Below, piece after piece: positions 1 to 9,844 of a stretch of DNA of 64,000 nucleotides. Below the pieces are notes generated by a model. It was given only the letters and a program-made list of their open reading frames with translations. It had not been told where the DNA came from and did no database searches. This DNA comes from an uncultured Spirochaetota bacterium (GTDB lineage Bacteria > Spirochaetota > UBA4802 > UBA5550): contig CAWHAA010000007.1 of assembly GCA_963827275.1 (NCBI GenBank), positions 64,001 through 128,000 of the forward strand, given 5' to 3'. The translations under genes were made by a program, and so were the position numbers. Each line of letters opens with the position of its first letter. Position 1 is the stretch's first letter.

Positions 1-86
1 CCGTGGTCAAGTCGTCATCGGCGATCTTTACCGGGGCGCCGGAACAATAACAGAACCATACCGGATGAAATCAAAAGGCCGTTGGA

Positions 87-575
87 TTACCCAACGGCCT
101 TTTTTATCTCCGCGGTTATGTTCCCGGGTATCGGGACATCGATGACCTTTTCCTTGACGATGCCGCCGTACACAAAATTCAACAGGTTGACTCTGATTGT
201 TTTCGCTCCTGCTAAAAACCGCAGCATGTCCGCGTTCTCTTCTTTGCTCCTGTCGAGCGGAAGCTGGATATGGTTCATTGTCCCGCCGGTCCTGAACAGC
301 AGCGACAGGAGCAGGCTCTCGCCGTCATTCAGGACGTGCCATGACGGGACGCCGGACACGATCTCCTGTACGACATCGTCATTTTCGATATGGAACAGGA
401 CGTACTGCCCGCCGTCCCTGATGGGCAATGTTTCCCCCGCATAGGAGAAATAGGCATAGAAGAAGGCGCAGGCGCCGTCCCGGGGAAGGGTCTCGCCCTC
501 CTTCAGCCTGTTGAATTCCCTGACGGCGGCCGGGGGATTGTTCGCCCCCGCTTTTTTCCGGTTGAATATTCCCAT
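87..575 (-). CDS. hypothetical protein (ATG at 575 preferred over ORF-track start 611)
   Basis: Clean ORF downstream of and co-directional with btuB; no family recognised. Confidence 0.6.
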   Translation of the reverse strand: MGIFNRKKAGANNPPAAVREFNRLKEGETLPRDGACAFFYAYFSYAGETLPIRDGGQYVLFHIENDDVVQEIVSGVPSWHVLNDGESLLLSLLFRTGGTMNHIQLPLDRSKEENADMLRFLAGAKTIRVNLLNFVYGGIVKEKVIDVPIPGNITAEIKKAVG

Positions 576-629
576 GCGTCTATCACGTGGGCGCGGATCC
601 GTTTCTGTCAAGCACGTTCCAGCGCGGGG

Positions 630-2720
630 CTAAAACACCGCCTTCAACCCGCCGTACACGGAACAGGGCGCGGTACGGTACCCCCGGATCTCTTCGTATC
701 TCTTATTCAACAGGTTTTCAATTCTGACGAAGGCCTGCAGCTCCCTGATGATCCACCATGATGCGGCCAGATCGACCCGGTAATAGGCGTTCATGGCGCT
801 GAAATAGGGATAGAACCAGTAGTCCCGCCGTCTGCCGACATAGGAAACGTCCAGGTTGATGTTGCCCCTGTCAAGAAAGCTGTAATTTACGGTGAAGCCG
901 GCCTTGTGGCGGGGACGGCGGAGCAGGTCCCCGGTATGAAAGGTCTTGTCATGCATGCGCGTGAAGGTGTAATACCCGCTTATCGTAAGGTCGTCGAATG
1001 GCCTGATCGACGCCATGCATTCGACCCCCCGCGAGAGCGCGTCGCTGTTCCAGTATCTCCCGTAGCTGTCGAGGGTGGAGTCGTAGGTGATCAGGTTTTT
1101 GTAGTCGATACTGAAATAGTTGACCTCGAGTATGATCCTGTTTTCCCAGAGGGGCTGTTCGATCCCCGCGTCATAGCTTATGGCGCGCTCCTGCTTCAGG
1201 TAGGCGAAAGAGAGGCGGTTGGAGCGCTCGTACGCGTTATACAGCTGGTAGAGCGACGGGATCTTGTACCCGGTGCCCATGCTGGCCTTGATCCTGGTCT
1301 CGGTGACCGGTATGATGAATGATCCGGACACCCCGTAGTCGATGCTATGGCGGAAATGGTCCGGCCGTGTATAGCGCGCACCGGCTATGATAAACACGCG
1401 CTTGAAAAGCTTGAGGTGGTTCTGCGCGTAAGCCGCCCAGGTGCCGGCCGTTCTGTCGATCGGATCGGTGGGCATCATGAACCATGGATTGGAATAGGGG
1501 AGCGGGGCCATGGGCTGCGCGGGCATCAGGCCGAAGTAGTAGGGGAGCGTCGCTGCATATTCCTTTTCGTAGGAAACGCCGACGACGATTTCATCGATGT
1601 CCTTGATCGAAAATTTATTTTTAAATTCGCCTGACATCATCGTGCCTTTGAACGTCATGTTCGAATATCCAAAGGAGGCATAGTCCCCCGATTGAAATAG
1701 TGATTTCGCAAATTCATACTCATCGGGGAGGTTCTTGTCGTGCATGAGCTGGTTCATGTATGAAAACATGAGCGTGGACTCCCACCATTCAAATACGGGT
1801 ATGGCGTACTTGACGTTAAGGGCCAGGTTTTGACTGCCGAAGGTATGATTTTTATCCTCTTCGTACGAGCCATTGGAAATTTTCATGCTGGCGTCCGTAA
1901 ACCGCAGGGCGAATGAGAGCCAGCTGTCGCGTATGGTCTTGATGCCCAGCTGCGTTGACACCGCGGTGTTGTCATAGCCGTCATGCCGGTTTTTCAAAAA
2001 AGACTTCCTGACGCCCCGCCAGGTTGAGGTCCTGGAAAATCCGCGGGAATCGGTCCGTGATACGTTGAACGAATAATAGGCCCAATCCGTGCCGCCGCTC
2101 ACCCCCGCCGATTCCTTGAAGGTGTTGAACGACCCCCCCTCGGCCTGGACCGTAACTTGCGGCTTTCCTTCTCCCTTTTTCGTGATAATGTTGATCACGC
2201 CGCCGATGGCGTCCGACCCGTACAGGACGCTCTGGGACCCGCGGACAATCTCGATCTGCTCGATGTTGTCCGTGGTGAGATTGGCGAAATCAAATCCGTG
2301 TGCCGCTGACGATGGGTCGTTTACCTTGACCCCGTCGATGAGCACCGTGACATGGTTGGACCCGGTGCCCCGGATATACAGGTCGGCAAGTCCGCCCAGG
2401 GGCGAGCTCTGCGATACCGAGACGCCCGGGGTGCTCTTCAGCAGGTCCACCACTTTCATTTTTTTACTCTGCTCGATCTCTTCGGCCGTGATGACCGTGA
2501 TGGAAGCGCCCGTTTCTTTTTTATAGATCCCGGTTTTCGTCGCCGTGATGACGATCTCGTAGCTTTTTTTCGGTTTTTGATCTATGCCGGTGCCGGATTT
2601 TTCTGATGCTTCTTCCCGGGGTCCGCCGGGAACGGTCTCCCCGGGCTGGCCCAGTACCGGCATATACAGAAACAGCGACAGGGTTACGATGTAAAAACAG
2701 GCGGTACACTTGCTCGTCAT
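630..2720 (-). CDS. btuB: TonB-dependent outer-membrane cobalamin receptor (BtuB-like)
   Basis: TonB box-like EIVITATKT, plug motifs YIRG, VLIDGVKVND and IEQIEIVRGSQSVLYGSDAIGGVINIIT, ENLLNKRY, C-terminal Phe; GGAGGA RBS before ATG 2720; cobalamin riboswitch upstream. Confidence 0.88.
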   Translation of the reverse strand: MTSKCTACFYIVTLSLFLYMPVLGQPGETVPGGPREEASEKSGTGIDQKPKKSYEIVITATKTGIYKKETGASITVITAEEIEQSKKMKVVDLLKSTPGVSVSQSSPLGGLADLYIRGTGSNHVTVLIDGVKVNDPSSAAHGFDFANLTTDNIEQIEIVRGSQSVLYGSDAIGGVINIITKKGEGKPQVTVQAEGGSFNTFKESAGVSGGTDWAYYSFNVSRTDSRGFSRTSTWRGVRKSFLKNRHDGYDNTAVSTQLGIKTIRDSWLSFALRFTDASMKISNGSYEEDKNHTFGSQNLALNVKYAIPVFEWWESTLMFSYMNQLMHDKNLPDEYEFAKSLFQSGDYASFGYSNMTFKGTMMSGEFKNKFSIKDIDEIVVGVSYEKEYAATLPYYFGLMPAQPMAPLPYSNPWFMMPTDPIDRTAGTWAAYAQNHLKLFKRVFIIAGARYTRPDHFRHSIDYGVSGSFIIPVTETRIKASMGTGYKIPSLYQLYNAYERSNRLSFAYLKQERAISYDAGIEQPLWENRIILEVNYFSIDYKNLITYDSTLDSYGRYWNSDALSRGVECMASIRPFDDLTISGYYTFTRMHDKTFHTGDLLRRPRHKAGFTVNYSFLDRGNINLDVSYVGRRRDYWFYPYFSAMNAYYRVDLAASWWIIRELQAFVRIENLLNKRYEEIRGYRTAPCSVYGGLKAVF

Positions 2721-2812
2721 GACAGAGTCCTCCAATAGTTAAAAAATTTTCAGTGTTTTTAACCAGTGGATATCCTGAAGCGGCATGTTTGTCCGGAAAA
2801 CAGCCCCTGAAT

Positions 2813-2842
2813 AAAAAAGCATACCCGAGGGTATGCTTTTTT
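2813..2842 (-). terminator. intrinsic terminator/attenuator in the btuB leader
   Basis: AAAAAAGCATACCC-GA-GGGTATGCTTTTTT inverted repeat between the riboswitch aptamer and the btuB start. Confidence 0.8.
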
Positions 2843-2864
2843 GTCAGACATTGACTTCGCGTAC

Positions 2865-2992
2865 GAAGTATGGCTAACTGGCTCCCGTTCCTCGAGGATA
2901 TCGCAGTTATGGAAGTTCTGGCTTATCCGCCGGGGCGGAATCACAGTTGCGGGACAGCGCGGGAATTTAACCCGACTTCCTCCATGCAGTTA
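2865..2992 (-). ncRNA. cobalamin riboswitch (boundaries approximate)
   Basis: Minus strand reads GGAAGTCGGGTTAAATTCCCGCGCTGTCCCGCAACTGTGA ... GGGAGCCAG, matching the B12-element core and B12 box; lies 5' of btuB. Confidence 0.88.
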
Positions 2993-3107
2993 AAAGAACA
3001 ATATGCGATAGTGCGGCCAGTGCGCTGAAACTGTCAACTGATTATCCATTTCCCCGATGATATTTTTTCCTTGTCAAAATATCGGCCGTGTTGTTTTACA
3101 GGAGGTC

Positions 3108-3665
3108 ATGGGAACATTAATATTCATAACCGGCGGGGCGCGGAGCGGGAAGAGCCGATTTGCCGAGTCTCTGCTCTCCGGCAGGGATGACGTGCTGTAT
3201 GTCGCCACGGGAATAGGCTTTGACGAAGAGATGAGGGACAGGATCTCCCGCCACCGGTCGCAGCGCAATCCCTCGTGGGAGACCGTTGAATGCTACCGGG
3301 ATTTCCCCGCCATGCTGGGCGGCAGGCTCGCGGGGCGGGGGGCCATCCTCCTCGATTGCATCACCATAATGATAAACAATATCATGGTCGTTGACTCGGG
3401 CGTTGATTGGGACAGCGCCGGCATGGACGAGGCGGACAGGGCCGAGGAAGTTATCCGGGAGGAGATCTCCGGTTTCATGCGGGTTGCCGCCGGTTTCAAC
3501 GGGGTGGCCATCGTTGTTTCGAACGAGCTGGGCATGGGCATAGTGCCGCCCGCTCCGCTGGGACGGTATTACCGGGACATCGCCGGGAAGATCAACCAGC
3601 TGATCGCCGCCGATGCCGATGAAGTCTATTTCATGGTATCGGGCCTGCCTCAGAGGATAAAATAA
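3108..3665 (+). CDS. cobU: bifunctional adenosylcobinamide kinase / cobinamide-phosphate guanylyltransferase
   Basis: ITGGARSGKSRFAE P-loop, YVAT, RISRHR, LLDCIT, VSNELGMGIVP, YRDIAGKINQ; GGAGG RBS before ATG 3108. Confidence 0.93.
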   Translation: MGTLIFITGGARSGKSRFAESLLSGRDDVLYVATGIGFDEEMRDRISRHRSQRNPSWETVECYRDFPAMLGGRLAGRGAILLDCITIMINNIMVVDSGVDWDSAGMDEADRAEEVIREEISGFMRVAAGFNGVAIVVSNELGMGIVPPAPLGRYYRDIAGKINQLIAADADEVYFMVSGLPQRIK

Positions 3666-3681
3666 ACAGTAAAAGGCTGAT

Positions 3682-4473
3682 ATGGCATTCAAGGATTATT
3701 TCAACGGCATTCTGCTCCAGGTAAAATTCCTGACGCGCATACCGGTCCCCGTGAAGACTGATTATGACGAACGGGCCTTTGCCGCAGGGGCCGTTTTCGC
3801 TCCGCTGATAGGATTGCTCATCGGGCTGATATCGATCGGCGCGTTTCTTCTCTTCGCGCGTCTTGATGCGCGGCCCCTCGCGGTCCTCATGGCCATGGTG
3901 GCCGGGATAGCCGTTACCGGCGGCATCCACCTGGACGGCCTTGCCGATACCTTCGACGGCCTTTTCAGCTACCGGACCAGGGAGCGTGTCCTTGCCATCA
4001 TGAAGGACTCCCGTCTGGGAACGGGCGGGGCCATCGGCCTGATTGTTGTCATCATGCTGAAATACGCGATGCTCGTTTCCTTGCAGGACGGCCACCTCCT
4101 TGTCTGCCTCGCGGTCATGCCGGTCTTGTCGCGGATGACCATTGCCTGGAGCGCCGGCCTGTCAGTGTATGCCCGGCAGGGTGAGAAGGGCCTGGCCGCC
4201 GGCCTCGTTGAGCATACCGGCGTCCTTGAGATCGGCATCGCGACAATACTGGGCGCGTTGATAAGCGCACTCTTCTTGAAATTGGCCGCGCTGCCATTGA
4301 TGTTAATTGTCATTGCATTTACCCTCCTGATGAATCTCTACGCCAGGTCCAGGATCGGGGGAATTACGGGGGATGTCATCGGCGCCGTCATAGAAATGTC
4401 GGAGCTGGTGTTTCTCCTCTCTGTCCTGGTGCTGGACCGTGTGTATGCGTGGCAGCACGTGACCTTTCTGTAG
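3682..4473 (+). CDS. cobS: adenosylcobinamide-GDP ribazoletransferase (cobalamin synthase)
   Basis: FLTRIP, TGGIHLDGLADTFDG, IMKDSRLG, GGITGDVIGA motifs; multi-TM. Confidence 0.94.
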   Translation: MAFKDYFNGILLQVKFLTRIPVPVKTDYDERAFAAGAVFAPLIGLLIGLISIGAFLLFARLDARPLAVLMAMVAGIAVTGGIHLDGLADTFDGLFSYRTRERVLAIMKDSRLGTGGAIGLIVVIMLKYAMLVSLQDGHLLVCLAVMPVLSRMTIAWSAGLSVYARQGEKGLAAGLVEHTGVLEIGIATILGALISALFLKLAALPLMLIVIAFTLLMNLYARSRIGGITGDVIGAVIEMSELVFLLSVLVLDRVYAWQHVTFL

Positions 4474-4555
4474 CAGCCCCCCCGTAGAGGGCGGTGTGAA
4501 CACGGCGGATACTCAAAAAACTAACAGCATGTACTGGTAAAAGTGAGGAAGCAAT

Positions 4556-5596
4556 ATGGGTCTTCTTGAAACAACAATCACAAGCATCCGGCCCCTCGAT
4601 GCCGCGGCCATGGAAAATGCGCGGGCCATGCTCGAAGTGAAGCTCAAACCTCCGGGCAGCCTGGGCCGGCTGGAAGATATAGCGGTAAAGCTCGCTGGCA
4701 TTACCGGTATTGTGGGCGGAAAGATTGACAAAAAGACCATCCTGGTGATGTGCGGCGATAACGGCGTGACCGAAGAAAAGGTGAGCTCCTTCCCGGCCGA
4801 TATCAGCGTCCTTGTGGCGGAGACCATGCTGAAAGGCATATCCGGCGTGTCAGTGCTGGCGCGCCACGCCGGGGCCGGCCTCCGCGTGGTCGATCTCGGC
4901 CTGTTCCGGGAAGTGAATGACGTCCGCATGGTCAATCGCAGGATTCGTCCCGGGACCTCGAACATCGCCAGGGGCCCAGCCATGTCCCGCGAGGAGGGGG
5001 TGCGGGCGGTTGAAACGGGCATAGAAGAAGCGCTGGCTGCGCTCGGTGACGGGGCTGATATCCTCGGCACCGGCGAGATCGGCATCGGCAACACCACCAC
5101 CGCGAGCGCGGTAGTGCATGCCATTACCGGCAAGAGCCTCGACGAGGTGGTGGGCCGGGGCGCCGGGCTCACCGATGAGGGCCTGCGTCATAAAAAAGAC
5201 ATTATACGGCGGGCCGTCGGGGTGAACAGGCCCGACCCGCGCGACGGCGTTGACGTGATATCGAAAGTGGGCGGCTTTGACATAGCCGGGCTTGCCGGCT
5301 GTTACCTCGCCGCCGCCTCCCGCCGCACGCCGATCGTGATCGACGGGTTTATCGCCGGCGCCGCGGCGGTTGCGGCCTGTACGCTGCACCAGGGAGTGCG
5401 TGATTTCATGTTCACGTCGCACGCCAGCGCCGAGCCGGGCGTGGCGGTTGTGAGCGAGGTGCTCAGGCTGCAGCCGATGCTTGCGCTGGACATGCGTCTG
5501 GGGGAGGGGACCGGCGCCGCGCTCGGGTTCCATGTCATCGAGGCGGCGGTGAAGATCATGAATGAGATGGGAACATTCAAGGATATAGGGATGTAG
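4556..5596 (+). CDS. cobT: nicotinate-nucleotide--dimethylbenzimidazole phosphoribosyltransferase
   Basis: KPPGSLGRLE, GEIGIGNTT, VGGFDIAGLAG, MRLGEGTGA. Confidence 0.95.
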   Translation: MGLLETTITSIRPLDAAAMENARAMLEVKLKPPGSLGRLEDIAVKLAGITGIVGGKIDKKTILVMCGDNGVTEEKVSSFPADISVLVAETMLKGISGVSVLARHAGAGLRVVDLGLFREVNDVRMVNRRIRPGTSNIARGPAMSREEGVRAVETGIEEALAALGDGADILGTGEIGIGNTTTASAVVHAITGKSLDEVVGRGAGLTDEGLRHKKDIIRRAVGVNRPDPRDGVDVISKVGGFDIAGLAGCYLAAASRRTPIVIDGFIAGAAAVAACTLHQGVRDFMFTSHASAEPGVAVVSEVLRLQPMLALDMRLGEGTGAALGFHVIEAAVKIMNEMGTFKDIGM

Positions 5597-5654
5597 CGGG
5601 GACCGCGGTACTGAATGGGGGGTGATCGGGAAAGACCTCTGCCGGAAGGTTGTC

Positions 5655-7661
5655 CTAATGAAACCCCTGCCTCAGGTTGTCGATCTTCTCGAGTATCAGG
5701 CGTCGTTTCGCGCTGTCCGTTTCATTGTCCAGATCGGCGACCAGGGAATTATATTCTTCTTTAATTTTCGTTTTTTTGTAGTAATGCATAAATGCTTTAA
5801 CAATATTCTCGTCAAAGTGCCTGCCGCTTTCACTGCGCAGGAGCTCATATGCCTCGGTAATTTGCAAGGGATCCCGGTAGTGGCGCTTCGCCGTTATTGC
5901 CTCGAAAAAATCGGCGACCGCGATAATCCTGGATCCAAGGGGTATCTTTGATCCTTTCAGGCCGCGCGGATAGCCGCTCCCGTCAAGTTTTTCATGATGG
6001 GAGCCCGCTATATCGGGGATTTCGGTATACTTCCCGACGAAATTGACCTGCTTCAGGATCTCTCTCGTTTTTTCAGCGTGGGTTTCGATTATTTTCCTCT
6101 CCTTGTTTTCAAGACGCCCCTTTTTCTTTAACAGAGAGTCGGAGATGCCGATTTTACCATAGTCATGAAGCGATGCGGCGATACCGACGATCTCGGTGTA
6201 TTCGTGCGGGATCTTCATCTCCCTGCAGATGCCCAGCGCGTACTCGGTAACCTTCTCCGAATGTCCGGCGGTGTACGGATCGCGGGCGTCGATGCTTGCG
6301 GCGAGCACCTTCAAAATTGATTTCAGCTGCTGCGACATGGCGTCGTAAAGCTCCGCGTTCTTGATGCCGATGCCGATGACCGAGGTGATGCCCGTCAACA
6401 GCCGCAGGTCGCTCTGGATCAGGGGCCGCTTTGTCTTCACGTTGTCCACGGTAAGAATTCCGATCGCTTCCCTGTTGCATACAATGGGACAGCAGATAAA
6501 GGAACGGGCGCCCATGTCCCTGAAAAACCGGATGCTCCGCGGTGAAAGGTTCTCCTCCTCTGAATAAACGTCATTTATCATGTACGGTTTTTTTTCCATG
6601 AATGACGAGATGAAAATGTCCCTGGATTTCGACCTGCCGATTTTAAATTCCGACTTCTTCAATATCCTGAGCTGTTGCTGCGTGTAGCCGAACCCGGTCT
6701 GAAACGTCAGGGTGTTGTTCTTCGGGTTTCTCAGGAGCAGCATGCCCCGGTCGAAGTCAAGGCGGTTTTTAAATATCCTGATGACAATTTCAAGGATGCT
6801 CTGTATGCTGATTTGCCTGCTGATGGCCTGTCCGATCTCATTGATCATGAGGGAGTGGTTGTAGTTGCTTTCCATCTGCTTGAGGAGCTCTTCATGGGAG
6901 CTCTCACGGTTCTGAAGAGACGTGCGGAGCTCTTTCTTGGTAAGGTAATCGCAGGCGAAGGTGAGGGCGAAAACAGCAAGCAGGACCGGAAACAGGAGGC
7001 TGATGACCGTTGACGGCGGGAGCAGCAGCGCAAGTATAATGCCCGCAACCGGCGCGATGATCAGCGAGATGTTTCTTGACCTTTTCAGCACCGAGAACCT
7101 GTTGCTTTCCCATGATATTATATAGCGGCATTTCTGCCCGCCGTTGAAGATGCATTCGGGGTGCTCTATCCTGGGGATCCTGTTGTTGAAAATGAGCGCG
7201 ATCGATTCGAAATGACCTATCCGGTTTTCGCACTGGAACTTTTTCTCGGCAACGCCCTCATGGGGGGTGGCCGTGATCTCGATTTTTTTTGAATTTATTT
7301 TTTTATATTCAAGTGTGCATGAACGGGTAAATTGCCGGGCGGCCTTTCCGATTATTTCGTAGACCTTTGCGGGGTTCATGAAGCCGAGTATATATTGGCG
7401 CATGACGCCGATCGATTCCGGGCTTGCCGCGTACCGGCCTGATTCGCGGGCGATTTTTTCATCCCCCGTCAGGCTGATAAGTTTTTCATGGAACCTGTTG
7501 ATCTGCTCCTGGGTGAACCAGTGGCTCTCGTCGGACACCTCGTATGATTTTATCCTGGCGTGCCCGAGCAGTTCATTGAGGTCAATATCGGGATAGGTGA
7601 TCCTGAGGTATTTCAGGTACGTATTGATGATACGGCTGTTATATAGCGCAGGTGTATTCAT
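5655..7661 (-). CDS. membrane-bound HD-GYP c-di-GMP phosphodiesterase with V4R-like N-terminus and GAF domain
   Basis: RDPYTAGHS, LHDYGKIG, HHEKLDGSGYP, RIIAVADFFEA; two TM helices; GAF-like segment; Cys motif CENRIG..HPEC..GGQKCRY. Confidence 0.85.
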   Translation of the reverse strand: MNTPALYNSRIINTYLKYLRITYPDIDLNELLGHARIKSYEVSDESHWFTQEQINRFHEKLISLTGDEKIARESGRYAASPESIGVMRQYILGFMNPAKVYEIIGKAARQFTRSCTLEYKKINSKKIEITATPHEGVAEKKFQCENRIGHFESIALIFNNRIPRIEHPECIFNGGQKCRYIISWESNRFSVLKRSRNISLIIAPVAGIILALLLPPSTVISLLFPVLLAVFALTFACDYLTKKELRTSLQNRESSHEELLKQMESNYNHSLMINEIGQAISRQISIQSILEIVIRIFKNRLDFDRGMLLLRNPKNNTLTFQTGFGYTQQQLRILKKSEFKIGRSKSRDIFISSFMEKKPYMINDVYSEEENLSPRSIRFFRDMGARSFICCPIVCNREAIGILTVDNVKTKRPLIQSDLRLLTGITSVIGIGIKNAELYDAMSQQLKSILKVLAASIDARDPYTAGHSEKVTEYALGICREMKIPHEYTEIVGIAASLHDYGKIGISDSLLKKKGRLENKERKIIETHAEKTREILKQVNFVGKYTEIPDIAGSHHEKLDGSGYPRGLKGSKIPLGSRIIAVADFFEAITAKRHYRDPLQITEAYELLRSESGRHFDENIVKAFMHYYKKTKIKEEYNSLVADLDNETDSAKRRLILEKIDNLRQGFH

Positions 7662-7902
7662 GATGGCGGACTACTGTTTTGTCGTGTGAATGTTTATCCG
7701 CTGAATAGTAAAGCGGGAGTTTGCACAAATATCAAGTAATTTAAAAATGGTATGATAAAAAATTTAGCGCGGGGCCTCCCGCTCATCACTATGGTCTCGC
7801 TCCGGGGCCCCGTGGGACAAAAAGCGCTGGACAGGACGCCTGAGAGTTTGCATTTCAGAAACAGCATACGTGCTGGAAAAAAATATATTCGAGGAAATTG
7901 CT

Positions 7903-9102
7903 ATGCTGAGTTCCGCCCAAATGGAAAAATACGCTGATGTTCTCATCTGGGGGCTTGAAACGGCCCGCACGAAGCCCTTTAAGCCCTATGACGTCATATT
8001 GCTCCGCTATGAATCGCCGTCACTTCCCCTGGCCGAAGCGCTCCATCGAAAGCTCCTGCAGAGGAAATGGAACGTGGTCGTTCGCGGCCTCTTGAATCCC
8101 GTCATGGAAAAGGACTTTTTCTCATATACCGATTCACGGCAGCGAAAATTCATCGGGGGCTGGGAAGAATCGTTTTTTGAACAAATCAACGGGAATATAT
8201 TTCTGTCCGCGCCTGAATCCCTTACGCACCTCAGGGATGTTGATCCGAAGCGCATCAACGAGGCGACGGTCGCGCGCCGCGCCCTCCGCCGCATAATGGA
8301 GCGGCGCGAGGAACAGGGCCTTTTCGGCTGGACGCTCTGCACGTACCCGACCGGGGAGCCTGCCCGGCGGGCGGGGCTGTCCGACAGGGAGTACGCGGGC
8401 CAGATTATAAAGGCCTGTTTCCTCAATGACCGGGACCCGGTCGCCCGGTGGAAAGGCATCTATGCCGATTCAATGGAAATAAAAAAATGGCTGAACCGCC
8501 TTCCGCTGAAAACGATCAGGGTTGAATCGAAGTCTTTCGACCTTTCGATCAGGCCTGGCGATAAGCGGCGGTTCCTCGGCGTGTCCGGCCACAATATCCC
8601 CTCTTTTGAAATTTTCACCTCGCCCGACTGGCGCGGGACAAGCGGCACCTACTACGCGAACCTTCCTTCGTACCGGAGCGGCAACCTGGTAAAAGGCGTG
8701 CGCCTCGAATTCAGGAACGGGTCCGTGGTGAAGGCCCGCGCCGCGCAGGGGGAATCGTTTTTGAAGAAGATGATGACCATGGACCCCGGCGCCTGCCGCG
8801 TCGGGGAATTCTCGCTCACCGACCGCCGCTTTTCCCGGATCGACCGCTTCATGGCGGACACCCTTTTCGACGAGAATTTCGGCGGGCCCGCCGGAAACTG
8901 CCACATCGCGATCGGCAATTCATATTCCGATACGTTTGCGGGGAATCCCGCGACCCTCACGGCGGCGGCGAAGAAGAAGCTCGGCTATAACGACTCGGCC
9001 CTTCATTGGGACCTGGTAAACACCGAGGAAAAAACGGTTACGGCTGAGCTCGCCGGCGGGAAGAAGATGCTCCTGTACGAGAAGGGGATGTTCCGCTATT
9101 GA
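7903..9102 (+). CDS. aminopeptidase, M29 (thermophilic metalloprotease/AmpT) family
   Basis: NIPSFEIFTSP, VGEFSL, TLFDENFGG, HIAIG, NDSALHWDLV. Confidence 0.88.
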   Translation: MLSSAQMEKYADVLIWGLETARTKPFKPYDVILLRYESPSLPLAEALHRKLLQRKWNVVVRGLLNPVMEKDFFSYTDSRQRKFIGGWEESFFEQINGNIFLSAPESLTHLRDVDPKRINEATVARRALRRIMERREEQGLFGWTLCTYPTGEPARRAGLSDREYAGQIIKACFLNDRDPVARWKGIYADSMEIKKWLNRLPLKTIRVESKSFDLSIRPGDKRRFLGVSGHNIPSFEIFTSPDWRGTSGTYYANLPSYRSGNLVKGVRLEFRNGSVVKARAAQGESFLKKMMTMDPGACRVGEFSLTDRRFSRIDRFMADTLFDENFGGPAGNCHIAIGNSYSDTFAGNPATLTAAAKKKLGYNDSALHWDLVNTEEKTVTAELAGGKKMLLYEKGMFRY

Positions 9103-9128
9103 TCCGGGTCCGCGTCCGCGCGTGTCAA

Positions 9129-9683
9129 TCAATGCGCCGCCGCGCGTAACTCCCTCTGGCATTCGGTTTCCAGACGGCCCGCCTCATCGGGGGCGATATG
9201 CCCTCCCTCGGTCATGAAGGGCAGCATCGCAAGGAGGTCCCCGGCCAGTTCCCTGCGCTGTGCCGCAGTCGTCACGGGCGATTCCCAGGCCTCCTTCTTC
9301 TTGAAGAATAATAGTTTGTTAACAAGGGTGGTTAATTGCATGTCATTGCTTTCGGGCTGGTTCCGGATTACATTCTGGAAAACGTCCCATTCAATCTCGG
9401 ACACGTAATCCGGGCGTTCTGTTACCGTACCTGATACGGGTTTGCCCGTGATGGCGGCTTTCGCGGCGGATCTCTGGGCTTCCTCTATATCTTCCTGGCT
9501 CATGGCGCTGGCGTTTGATTCGGCAGCCGGGCTGTCAGTGGCGGCCTGGTCCTTGCTTTCGGAAATGCCGGCGCTTCTATCGTCAAAATAGAACAGGGCG
9601 GCGATAATTATAGCGGCAAAAATCAGCGCGCCGATGATAATTGTAATTCTCGATCTGCTCTTAAATATATTTGCCGGGGCCAT
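9129..9683 (-). CDS. membrane-anchored hypothetical protein, possible lipase partner
   Basis: Single N-terminal TM helix, Ala/Ser linker, helical C-terminal domain; directly downstream of the lipase. Confidence 0.7.
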   Translation of the reverse strand: MAPANIFKSRSRITIIIGALIFAAIIIAALFYFDDRSAGISESKDQAATDSPAAESNASAMSQEDIEEAQRSAAKAAITGKPVSGTVTERPDYVSEIEWDVFQNVIRNQPESNDMQLTTLVNKLLFFKKKEAWESPVTTAAQRRELAGDLLAMLPFMTEGGHIAPDEAGRLETECQRELRAAAH

Positions 9684-9778
9684 GTATGCCGTCTCCTCGC
9701 AACTGGTTGTTTGAAAATATCCGATACCTGCCGCACGATGGTGCGCGTCTCCCCTCTGCGGATAGTATGGCGTATGCG

Positions 9779-9823
9779 AAAAAAGACCTCAGGTCAAACA
9801 TTTTTTATATTTGACCTGAGGTC
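9779..9823 (-). terminator. intrinsic terminator after the lipase
   Basis: 14-bp perfect inverted repeat GACCTCAGGTCAAA / TTTGACCTGAGGTC followed by a T-run on the minus strand. Confidence 0.75.
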
Positions 9824-9844
9824 CGTTGAAGTCCCGGGCGCTGG

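Noticed and set aside
1..50. 3' end of an upstream plus-strand gene (VVKSSSAIFTGAPEQ-stop)
   Set aside because: Too short to support a call
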